From: an uncultured Lachnospiraceae bacterium
Lineage (GTDB): Bacteria; Bacillota; Clostridia; Lachnospirales; Lachnospiraceae
Assembly (NCBI GenBank): GCA_902772635.1
Contig: CACYBK010000099.1
Coordinates: 4,905 to 68,904, forward strand
DNA length: 64,000 nucleotides
Direction: 5' to 3'
Shown: positions 1 through 6,757 of the stretch, piece by piece
Layout: every line of letters starts with the position of its first letter
Numbering within the stretch: position 1 is the first letter of the stretch
Position numbers and translations under genes: made by a program
The notes under the pieces: generated by a model
Told to the model about the DNA's origin: nothing
Seen by the model: the letters and a program-made list of their open reading frames with translations, nothing else
Database searches by the model: none

Positions 1-313
1 CAACGGTGATAGTCCTTTCCTCCTTTGAATCATTGTGGAGCGGGACCATAAGCTCACCTCTGTAATCCGAATCGATCACCGCCACGCAGTTTGCGGGGCG
101 TATGCCCTCCTTTACGGCAAGGCCTGACCGCGCAAACACGCCCCCGAAGTAGTACTCAGGTATCTCCATCGAAAGTCCCGTCTTTATAAGCTTAGTCTCG
201 CCCGGCGGAAGTGAAACCTCCTCTATTGAGTAGATATCGTACCCTGCGGCAGAGGCGCTCCCTCTCTTCGGTATCATAGCTTTTTCATCCAGTCTTTTGA
301 TCTTCATTTTCAT
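1..313 (-). CDS. dut: dUTP diphosphatase (dUTPase); the C-terminal end runs off the left edge
   Basis: My reverse-complement translation from ATG 311-313 reads MKMKIKRLDEKAMIPKRGSASAAGYDIYS...FARSGLAVKEG...AVIDSDYRGELMVPLHN. It carries the AGYD, RSG and IDSDYRGE dUTPase motifs. It is absent from the ORF track because it has no stop codon in the window. Confidence 0.85.
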   Translation of the reverse strand, partial: MKMKIKRLDEKAMIPKRGSASAAGYDIYSIEEVSLPPGETKLIKTGLSMEIPEYYFGGVFARSGLAVKEGIRPANCVAVIDSDYRGELMVPLHNDSKEERTITV

Positions 314-351
314 ATCCAAAATCCTTTGTATAAAAACTGTTCATTCCCGCA

Positions 352-381
352 TATTTTAGGCAACCCTCCCCGGTTTTTCAA
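352..381 (-). promoter_or_regulatory. Possible sigma-A promoter for dut
   Basis: On the minus strand: TTGAAA (rc of 376-381), 18 nt spacer, TAAAAT (rc of 352-357), about 40 nt upstream of the dut ATG. Confidence 0.3.
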
Positions 382-387
382 CCGAAA

Positions 388-453
388 AAATGAACCCGGG
401 GAAAAATGGTCCCTTGACTCCGTCCCCTGGGTTCATTTCCCCTGGGTTCATTT
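388..453. repeat. Three copies of a 14-15 nt motif: one inverted copy plus a direct tandem pair
   Basis: AAATGAACCCGGGG (388-401) is the near reverse complement of CCCCTGGGTTCATTT. That motif occurs twice back to back (424-438 and 439-453) and is followed by a T run. Confidence 0.8.
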
Positions 454-564
454 TTTTATCAAGTCATTTTTATCGGACACCTCAGAGACTACTATTAAGC
501 CATCAAAGGTATTAATTGAAAAAGCAAATGGTATCTCAAAATGATTTTTCGAGGAGGTGTGACG

Positions 565-1176
565 ATGAGCAAAGCAGATTATTCATTGGAGATAGTTGAA
601 AACAGAGACACAAGATATGAAGAGTATGAAGAACTGGTTCTTCGGAGGGATCAGCTTTTAAAGAAAACAGGTTCCATTCAGATCGCCTACACAAAAGAAT
701 TCGGCGAGCTGTTGTGCAGGAATTTTGAACTGAAGATTGAGTGCATCAAGAAGAAAAAGACGATCAGCTACTGCCGAAGGAGAATGAACAGAGGTCTTCC
801 CATCGATACGGCCCGCATGCAGGAAGAGATAGAGCACGAGATGACACTTTACAACGATCAGCTTAAGGAAATGCTTTATGAAAACGAATCAGCAAAAAAG
901 GCCGTCAAAAGCAACAAATATGAAGTGATCAGAGCGAAGAAGATATACAAAAGGCTCGTAAAACTCCTTCATCCCGACATCAACAAAAAGACAGCTGAAA
1001 ATGCCGATCTGATGGAGCTTTGGGAAAGAATAGCAGTTGCTTATCAGAAAACGGATGTTGACGCGCTTAATGATCTTGAGGTTCTCGTCAAAAGGGGTAT
1101 GGAGGCGCTCGGGGATGACAGCTTTGAGCTTCAGCTTGACGACATAGAAGAAAGAATAGAGCGCATTGAAAACTAG
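565..1176 (+). CDS. J-domain (DnaJ-like) coiled-coil protein, ending at an in-frame TAG
   Basis: SD GAGGAGG lies 7 nt before ATG 565 (MSKADYSLEIV...). A J-domain helix II/HPD/helix III signature is present: IRAKKIYKRLVKLLHPDINKKTAENADLMELWERIAVAY. The stop is TAG at 1174-1176. Confidence 0.8.
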   Translation: MSKADYSLEIVENRDTRYEEYEELVLRRDQLLKKTGSIQIAYTKEFGELLCRNFELKIECIKKKKTISYCRRRMNRGLPIDTARMQEEIEHEMTLYNDQLKEMLYENESAKKAVKSNKYEVIRAKKIYKRLVKLLHPDINKKTAENADLMELWERIAVAYQKTDVDALNDLEVLVKRGMEALGDDSFELQLDDIEERIERIEN

Positions 1177-1368
1177 ATCAACGAGATACTCACAACAGAA
1201 CCTTATACTTACAGAGAACTGCTCTTTGATGAGGAAAAGAAGAATGAATTCAAAGAAAAGCTTCAGGCTGAGTATGACGATTTTGAGCAGTATCTCGAGA
1301 GCCTTACAAAGACGCTCGATGAAATGCTCTGCGAGGGAGAGGTGAAGATAGTATGGCAAATGAACTGA
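1177..1368 (+). other. In-frame continuation of the J-domain ORF after the TAG (63 codons, ends at TGA 1366-1368)
   Basis: Same frame as 565..1176. It translates to INEILTTEPYTYRELLFDEEKKNEFKEKLQAEYDDFEQYLESLTKTLDEMLCEGEVKIVWQMN. There is no internal start with an SD. The end overlaps the next gene's ATG, which is the usual coupled-operon geometry. Confidence 0.6.
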
Positions 1369-1748
1369 CCGCTGAAAAAAAGAATTTCGTATCCCTTATG
1401 ACTGAAAAGCCTCTTTCGGACCTGATCAAACCCTTAAGTCGAGAGATACTGCTCTTTGATTCCTACATAGCGGGAACAACCCATATCAAGGATGAGTCAG
1501 TCTTTGAGGGCATAAAGGAGGGCGATCGGCTGATCCTTCAAAGGGAGCCTTTGAACAATTTTGACGAAAATGCGATCCTCGTATTGAATGAAAAAAAACA
1601 AAAACTGGGCTATATCCCTGAGAAAGATAATATCGTATTTACAAGGCTTATGGATGCTGGAAAGTGTCTTTTTGCAAAGGTTAAATATTACGAGCCTAAA
1701 GGCGCATTCAAGAAGATCGGTATTGACATATATCTGGTGGATTTTTGA
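1353..1748 (+). CDS. Stand-alone HIRAN-like domain protein (131 aa)
   Basis: ORF track entry. SD GAGGTG lies upstream. The pattern ...SYIAGTTHIKD...GDRLILQREPLNNFDENAILVLNEKKQKLGYIPEKDNIVFTRLMDAG... resembles the HIRAN fold signature (xxNxxDxNAIxV...GYIPxxxA). This is recognition by eye only. Confidence 0.6.
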   Translation: MANELTAEKKNFVSLMTEKPLSDLIKPLSREILLFDSYIAGTTHIKDESVFEGIKEGDRLILQREPLNNFDENAILVLNEKKQKLGYIPEKDNIVFTRLMDAGKCLFAKVKYYEPKGAFKKIGIDIYLVDF

Positions 1749-1758
1749 GGTATTGCCT

Positions 1759-2370
1759 ATGAATAACAGTGAATTGTGCGGGATCGCAAAAAAACTTGAG
1801 AACCGCGGAGATATCGAGCGTGCTTACCAGTTCTATCTTGAGGCAGCGATAGCAGAGGATGACGGGGAGGCTATGAACGCACTTGCAAAGATGTATTTCG
1901 AGGGAGATTATGTCAGAGAGAGCTATGACAAGGCCGGGAAATTTTTTGGCATGGCTTATGACAGGAAAGCAGATGTTGATCCGGGGGCATTGATAATTGC
2001 CGGGTGCTATTTTGAAAAGCGTGCTGAAGAAAATGAGAAAAATCTCGACTTTGCTATGAAGTATTATCAGGCGGCTGCGGATCTTGGGGAATCATACGGT
2101 CACGAATGCCTTGGCAAGATATATTTTGAACTTGGGGATTATGGCAAGGCCTATGAGAATCTGAAATTGGGAGATGGTAATAACCCGCTTGGATTATATT
2201 ATCTTGGAAGGCTCTATGATGAAGGACTTTTTGTGGATCAGGATAGAATGAGAGCGATAGAGCTTTATGAAAAGGCGGTTTTGTGCGGCCGTGAGTATGA
2301 GGAAGAGTGTGGCATGGATGAGCATAGCGAAAAAGCGAAGGAACGCCTTTATGAGCTTGATGTTCAATAA
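1759..2370 (+). CDS. Sel1-like / TPR repeat protein (203 aa)
   Basis: The internal ATG at 1759 of ORF 1588..2370 has SD GAGGT upstream, and it avoids overlapping the HIRAN gene. Repeated A-x-x-Y-Y-x-x-A-A-x-x-G modules are present (AMNALAKMYFEGDYV, AMKYYQAAADLGESYGHECLGKIYF, GLYYLGRLYDEGLFV, AIELYEKAV). Confidence 0.75.
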   Translation: MNNSELCGIAKKLENRGDIERAYQFYLEAAIAEDDGEAMNALAKMYFEGDYVRESYDKAGKFFGMAYDRKADVDPGALIIAGCYFEKRAEENEKNLDFAMKYYQAAADLGESYGHECLGKIYFELGDYGKAYENLKLGDGNNPLGLYYLGRLYDEGLFVDQDRMRAIELYEKAVLCGREYEEECGMDEHSEKAKERLYELDVQ

Positions 2371-2419
2371 AACATAGTTATAAATAAGGTACAATAAATT
2401 TCCCACAATATAATGAAAC

Positions 2420-2477
2420 GCCCCCTTTATTATGGTATGATCAGACAGTGATCTTCCGATTCCATAATAAAGGGGGC
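2420..2477 (+). promoter_or_regulatory. Perfect 16-bp inverted repeat with a 26-nt spacer; either a terminator/SD-sequestering hairpin or an operator in front of the WYL gene
   Basis: GCCCCCTTTATTATGG (2420-2435) pairs with CCATAATAAAGGGGGC (2462-2477). The right arm contains the AAAGGGGG SD of the ATG at 2484. The spacer holds a nested GATCA/TGATC repeat. Confidence 0.6.
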
Positions 2478-2483
2478 TTTTCC

Positions 2484-3473
2484 ATGCCAAAGGGAACAAA
2501 TCAGAAATTCAAGCTTTATTATCTCGCACGTATAATGGTTGAAAAGACCGACGACGAGCATATGATCACCATGCCGGAGATAAAGGCGGCACTTGAAGCC
2601 TATGGCTGCACCGCTGATCGAAAGAGTCTTTACGATGATCTGGAGGCTCTGAGGGTTCTTGGGATAGATGTGGTCGGCGAAAAGGTCGGCCGGAATTTCT
2701 ATTATCATGTCGGCAGCAAGCAGTTTGAGATAGCGGAACTGAAGCTCCTCGTGGATGCGATCCAGTCTTCAAAATTCATCACGGAGAAGAAATCAAATGA
2801 ACTCATCAAAAAGCTGACCGGTATGGCAAGTACTTATGAGGCAAGCCAGCTCAAGCGGCAAGTAGTGGTACAGGGCAGGGTCAAGACCATGAACGAGTCC
2901 ATTTATTATTGTGTGGACGACGTGCACCGAGCTATTGCTGAGAACAAAAAGATCTCATTTGAATATATGAAATGGAACGAGGAAAAGAATCTCATTCCCC
3001 GAAAGGAGGGCTCCTATGTGGTAAGCCCCTGGGCACTTACCTGGGATGATGAGAATTACTATCTTATAGCATATGATGAGGAAGCGGAAAAGATCAAGCA
3101 TTTCCGCGTGGACAAGTTGAAAAGCGTGAAGGTTCTTGAGACAAAACGTTCCGGGAAAGAAAAATTCAGGGAATTCAATCTTGCGGATTATTCCAAAATG
3201 AGTTTTGGAATGTACGGCGGAGAGCCGACAAAGGTGAAGATCACCTTCGAAAACAATATGGCAGGCGTCTTCATTGACAGATTCGGGCGGGATATAGCCA
3301 TACATCCTTCAAAGAAAAAGGGATGGTCTGAAACAGCGGTTGATGTCGCTGTAAGCGACCAGTTTTTCGGGTGGATATTTGCACTTGGAACTAGCGTGAA
3401 GATAGTTGGCCCCAAGGAAGTGGTAAAGAGGTTCAAGGCTGAGCTTAAGGAAAGAAGCAGGATATATGAATAA
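2484..3473 (+). CDS. wHTH-WYL domain transcriptional regulator
   Basis: Starts MPKGTNQKFKLYYLARIMVEKTDDEHMITMPEIKAALEAYG (N-terminal winged HTH). The central WYL-type segment is SPWALTWDDENYYLIAYDEEAEKIKHFRVDKL, and a C-terminal extension follows. Start chosen at ATG 2484 with the G-rich SD. Confidence 0.8.
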   Translation: MPKGTNQKFKLYYLARIMVEKTDDEHMITMPEIKAALEAYGCTADRKSLYDDLEALRVLGIDVVGEKVGRNFYYHVGSKQFEIAELKLLVDAIQSSKFITEKKSNELIKKLTGMASTYEASQLKRQVVVQGRVKTMNESIYYCVDDVHRAIAENKKISFEYMKWNEEKNLIPRKEGSYVVSPWALTWDDENYYLIAYDEEAEKIKHFRVDKLKSVKVLETKRSGKEKFREFNLADYSKMSFGMYGGEPTKVKITFENNMAGVFIDRFGRDIAIHPSKKKGWSETAVDVAVSDQFFGWIFALGTSVKIVGPKEVVKRFKAELKERSRIYE

Positions 3474-4119
3474 TATAAATACAGTGATCTTTGATATGGA
3501 TGGGACCGTCCTTAATACACTTGATGATCTGACAAATGCGGTGAATCACGTTTTTTCGCAGTTTGATCTTCCGCCCAGAAGCCATGACGATTACAGGAGA
3601 TTCTTTGGAAACGGGATCAGATATTCGATGAAATGCGCAGCCCCGGAAGGCACGCCGGAGTCACTTCTTGATGAGATGCTGCCGGTATTTACAGAGTATT
3701 ATGACAAACACTGCCTTGACAATACAAGGCCCTATGAAGGGATATTGCCTCTGATGAAAGATCTCAAAGACAAGGGCTATAAGATGGCTATAGTATCAAA
3801 CAAGATAGATTCCGCGGTAAAGGAATTGAATGAACGGTTCTTCTGCGAATATGTCACTGTAGCCATTGGCGAAAAAACCGGGATAAAGAGAAAGCCTGCA
3901 CCCGATACAGTCCTTGCAGCGCTTGAAGAACTGCACTCTTCACGGGAGGAAGCCGTTTATATTGGGGATTCCGAGGTTGACCTTTTGACCGCGAAAAACT
4001 CCGGACTTCCCTGCATCAATGTGCTTTGGGGATTTCGAGACAGGGATTTTCTTTTAAAGACCGGCGCAACGGTATTTGCAGAGCGTCCGGAGGATGTTAT
4101 ATCTATACTTGATCAGTAA
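3466..4119 (+). CDS. HAD-IA family hydrolase (phosphoglycolate-phosphatase-like)
   Basis: Has the DMDGT nucleophile motif (VIFDMDGTVLNT), SNK, and GDSEVD motif IV. The start overlaps the WYL gene stop by 8 nt. Confidence 0.85.
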   Translation: MNNINTVIFDMDGTVLNTLDDLTNAVNHVFSQFDLPPRSHDDYRRFFGNGIRYSMKCAAPEGTPESLLDEMLPVFTEYYDKHCLDNTRPYEGILPLMKDLKDKGYKMAIVSNKIDSAVKELNERFFCEYVTVAIGEKTGIKRKPAPDTVLAALEELHSSREEAVYIGDSEVDLLTAKNSGLPCINVLWGFRDRDFLLKTGATVFAERPEDVISILDQ

Positions 4120-4134
4120 AAAGGATTCGAAAAA

Positions 4135-4581
4135 ATGAGTACAAAACATTCTAACAGGCACTTTCGCCTAACTATATTTATTATGCTGGGAGTATGTTTT
4201 ATGTTTTCATTATCTGGCTGTGGGAAACCATTTCATAAGACCGATGGCGACGGCATGGTCTACAAACCTTTTTATGCCGAGATCTCGCAGGATCTGGCAA
4301 AAAATATGATGCAGGATGATGACGGCCATGTCATTGTCGATGTCCGAAGGGCTGATGAATACGAAAAGGGACATATCCCGGGAGCAATACTGATCCCGAA
4401 TGAGAGTATTACCGATACTCCGCCCAAAGAACTGCCGGACAAATATCAGATCATACTTTTATATTGCCGTACCGGCAGACGAAGCAAGGAAGCAGCACAA
4501 AAGCTTGTGGACATGGGATATAGGAATGTCTATGAGTTTGGAGGCATTGAAGACTGGACGGGAGAAATTGTTGCTGATTGA
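4135..4581 (+). CDS. Rhodanese-domain lipoprotein
   Basis: Signal peptide with lipobox (MFSLSGCGK). Rhodanese active-site loop CRTGRRS. C-terminal end is YEFGGIEDWTGEIVAD. Confidence 0.8.
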   Translation: MSTKHSNRHFRLTIFIMLGVCFMFSLSGCGKPFHKTDGDGMVYKPFYAEISQDLAKNMMQDDDGHVIVDVRRADEYEKGHIPGAILIPNESITDTPPKELPDKYQIILLYCRTGRRSKEAAQKLVDMGYRNVYEFGGIEDWTGEIVAD

Positions 4582-4644
4582 CTGAAAGCCGGTGAGGTGT
4601 CGGAAATGGTTTCATATATCAAATGTCAGGAGGGCAACAAAGAA

Positions 4645-5169
4645 ATGCAAAAGTTGGAAGAATATGTAAGAAGCGTTCCGGATTTTCCGAAGGAAGGTGT
4701 TGTTTTCAGGGATATCACTTCTGTACTGCAGGATGCAGACGGCTTTCATCTTGCGATCGATGAGATGATGAACGCCTTGAAGGGCGTGGATTTTGACGTG
4801 ATCGTCGGAGCCGAATCAAGGGGCTTTATCCTTGGCTCTCCTATAGCGTATACACTTCACAAACCCTTCGTACTTGTACGTAAAAAGGGGAAACTTCCTT
4901 TTACGACTATATCGAAGGATTATTCTCTTGAATACGGCACAGCTACTCTTGAGATGCATACTGATTCAATAAAAGAGGGGCAAAAGGTAGTAATAATCGA
5001 TGATCTTATAGCCACCGGAGGAACACTTCACTGTGCCGCAAAAATTATCGAGGCGCTTGGAGGCAAGGTGGTAAAGATAATCTGTCTCATGGAACTCAAG
5101 GGCTTAAAGGGAAGGGAACTGTTAAAAGACTACGATATATCCTCGATGATAGCTTACGAAGGCAAATAA
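4645..5169 (+). CDS. apt: Adenine phosphoribosyltransferase
   Basis: MQKLEEYVRSVPDFPKEGVVFRDITSVL... with the PRPP-binding motif VVIIDDLIATGGT. AGGAGG lies 9 nt before ATG 4645. The GTG at 4597 in the ORF track is probably too far upstream. Confidence 0.9.
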   Translation: MQKLEEYVRSVPDFPKEGVVFRDITSVLQDADGFHLAIDEMMNALKGVDFDVIVGAESRGFILGSPIAYTLHKPFVLVRKKGKLPFTTISKDYSLEYGTATLEMHTDSIKEGQKVVIIDDLIATGGTLHCAAKIIEALGGKVVKIICLMELKGLKGRELLKDYDISSMIAYEGK

Positions 5170-5172
5170 ACC

Positions 5173-5214
5173 AATGAGTTCGGCGGCATAGATGACTGGA
5201 CAGCAGGCATAGTT
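5173..5214 (+). pseudogene. Relic of a second rhodanese C-terminus (NEFGGIDDWTAGIV) with no start codon
   Basis: 10 of 13 aa and 30 of 39 nt match 4534-4572 (EFGGIEDWTGEIV). Most differences fall at third codon positions. It sits directly after the apt stop. Confidence 0.45.
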
Positions 5215-5284
5215 TTTTCAGTAAGAAGAATCATGTCGCGAAGAGAGATCATGCGTCCCCAGGGACCATTATGGAGAGGGAAGA

Positions 5285-6745
5285 ATGTTATACATAGGTA
5301 TTGACCTTGGCACCTCCGCAGTGAAGCTTCTTCTTATGGAGGAGGGCGGAAAGGTATTAAAGACTGTTTCGAGGGATTATCCCTGCGCCTATCCTCATCC
5401 CGGCTGGTCAGAGCAGGATCCTGCGCTTTGGTATGAAAACACTGTTGAGGGACTGAAGGAACTCCTTAAAGAGACAGACAGGAGTGAGGTCGCAGGGATC
5501 GGCATCGCAGGGCAGATGCACGGACTTGTGCTTCTTGACAACAACGATAATGTTCTCCGTCCGGCCATACTCTGGAATGACGGGCGAAGTTCAAAGGAAA
5601 ATGATCATCTGAATGATAGTATCGGCAGGGAGCAGATCTCAAAGTATACAGGAAATATTTCATTCACAGGCTTTACAGCGTCAAAGCTTCTTTGGGTGAA
5701 AAACAATGAGCCCGCGGTCTTTTCAAGGATCAAAAGGATAATGCTTCCGAAGGATTATCTTGCCTACCGCCTGACAGGCATAAGCGTCACGGATTATTCA
5801 GATGCTTCGGGAATGCTTCTTCTTGATGTGAAAAACCGGCGCTGGTCCCCTGAGATGCTTGATATATGCAGTGTCAAAGAGGATATGCTGCCGCATCTTC
5901 ATGAAAGCTATGAGGTCATCGGGACGCTCGCAAAAGAAGCCGCAGAAGAACTTGATCTAAAAGTGTCAGTGAAGGTCGTTGCGGGAGCAGGAGACAATGC
6001 TGCCTCGGCAGTTGGCACCGGCACAGTGGGAGATGGAAAATGCAATCTTTCACTTGGCACCAGCGGCACTCTTTTCATATCATCAAAAAAATTCCTTATG
6101 GATAAACATAATGCTCTCCATGCCTTCGCCCATGCTGACGGTCATTATCATCTGATGGGATGTATACTTTCCGCGGCAGCCTGCAACAAATGGTGGATGG
6201 ATGATATTCTAAGAACCAAAGATTATGCGGCGGAGCAGCAGGGGATAGGAGAAGAACTCCTTGGAAATAATCGTGTCTTCTTTCTTCCTTACCTCATGGG
6301 AGAGCGCTCTCCGCATAATGATCCCAAAGCCAGAGCAGCATTTATCGGGATGTCAATGGATACTCAAAGAGAATATATGACGGCCGCCGTGCTTGAGGGA
6401 GTTGCCTTTGCGCTTCGTGACTGCATGGAGATAGCCCGCTCACTGGGACTTGATATTGAGCGCTCAACGATCGTTGGGGGCGGTGCAAAAAGTCCTCTTT
6501 GGAAGAAAATGATCGCAAATATAATGGATATAAGTCTTGATGTGCCGGAAAATGAGGAAGGACCGTCACTTGGCGCTGCAATGCTTTCTGCTGTCGGCTG
6601 TGGCGCATACAAGGATGTAAATGAGGCAGCGGAACACATAGTGAAAGTAAGGGAGACTCTGGAGCCACAGAAAGAACTTGTGAAGAGATACGATGAGAAA
6701 TATCATATCTGGAGGGAATATTATCCTGCGCTAAAAGACATTTGA
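5285..6745 (+). CDS. xylB: Xylulokinase
   Basis: MLYIGIDLGTSAVK...HPGWSEQDP...GIAGQMHGLVLLD...LRPAILWNDGRS...LPKDYLAYRLTG closely parallels E. coli XylB as I remember it. Confidence 0.9.
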   Translation: MLYIGIDLGTSAVKLLLMEEGGKVLKTVSRDYPCAYPHPGWSEQDPALWYENTVEGLKELLKETDRSEVAGIGIAGQMHGLVLLDNNDNVLRPAILWNDGRSSKENDHLNDSIGREQISKYTGNISFTGFTASKLLWVKNNEPAVFSRIKRIMLPKDYLAYRLTGISVTDYSDASGMLLLDVKNRRWSPEMLDICSVKEDMLPHLHESYEVIGTLAKEAAEELDLKVSVKVVAGAGDNAASAVGTGTVGDGKCNLSLGTSGTLFISSKKFLMDKHNALHAFAHADGHYHLMGCILSAAACNKWWMDDILRTKDYAAEQQGIGEELLGNNRVFFLPYLMGERSPHNDPKARAAFIGMSMDTQREYMTAAVLEGVAFALRDCMEIARSLGLDIERSTIVGGGAKSPLWKKMIANIMDISLDVPENEEGPSLGAAMLSAVGCGAYKDVNEAAEHIVKVRETLEPQKELVKRYDEKYHIWREYYPALKDI

Positions 6746-6757
6746 GGAGGAACCATT

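Noticed and set aside
424-453. Tandem direct repeat as a mini CRISPR array
   Set aside because: There are only two abutting 15-bp copies, no spacers and no cas genes.
326-544. 72-aa ORF in the track crossing the dut/J-domain intergenic region
   Set aside because: It has no SD. Its odd sequence (…VPWVHFPWVHF…) is simply the translation of the tandem 15-bp repeat. It is better explained as regulatory DNA.
1174-1176. Possibility that TAG is reassigned (pyrrolysine or a sense codon) in this genome
   Set aside because: TAG terminates grpE (50967-50969) and the DUF1275 gene (15850-15852) at sensible positions. No pyl genes or methylamine methyltransferases are present. A local mutation or read-through is more economical.
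1588-1758. Long N-terminal extension of the Sel1 gene offered by ORF 1588..2370
   Set aside because: The extension overlaps the HIRAN gene out of frame and translates to non-protein-like sequence. ATG 1759 has an SD and sits 10 nt after the HIRAN stop.
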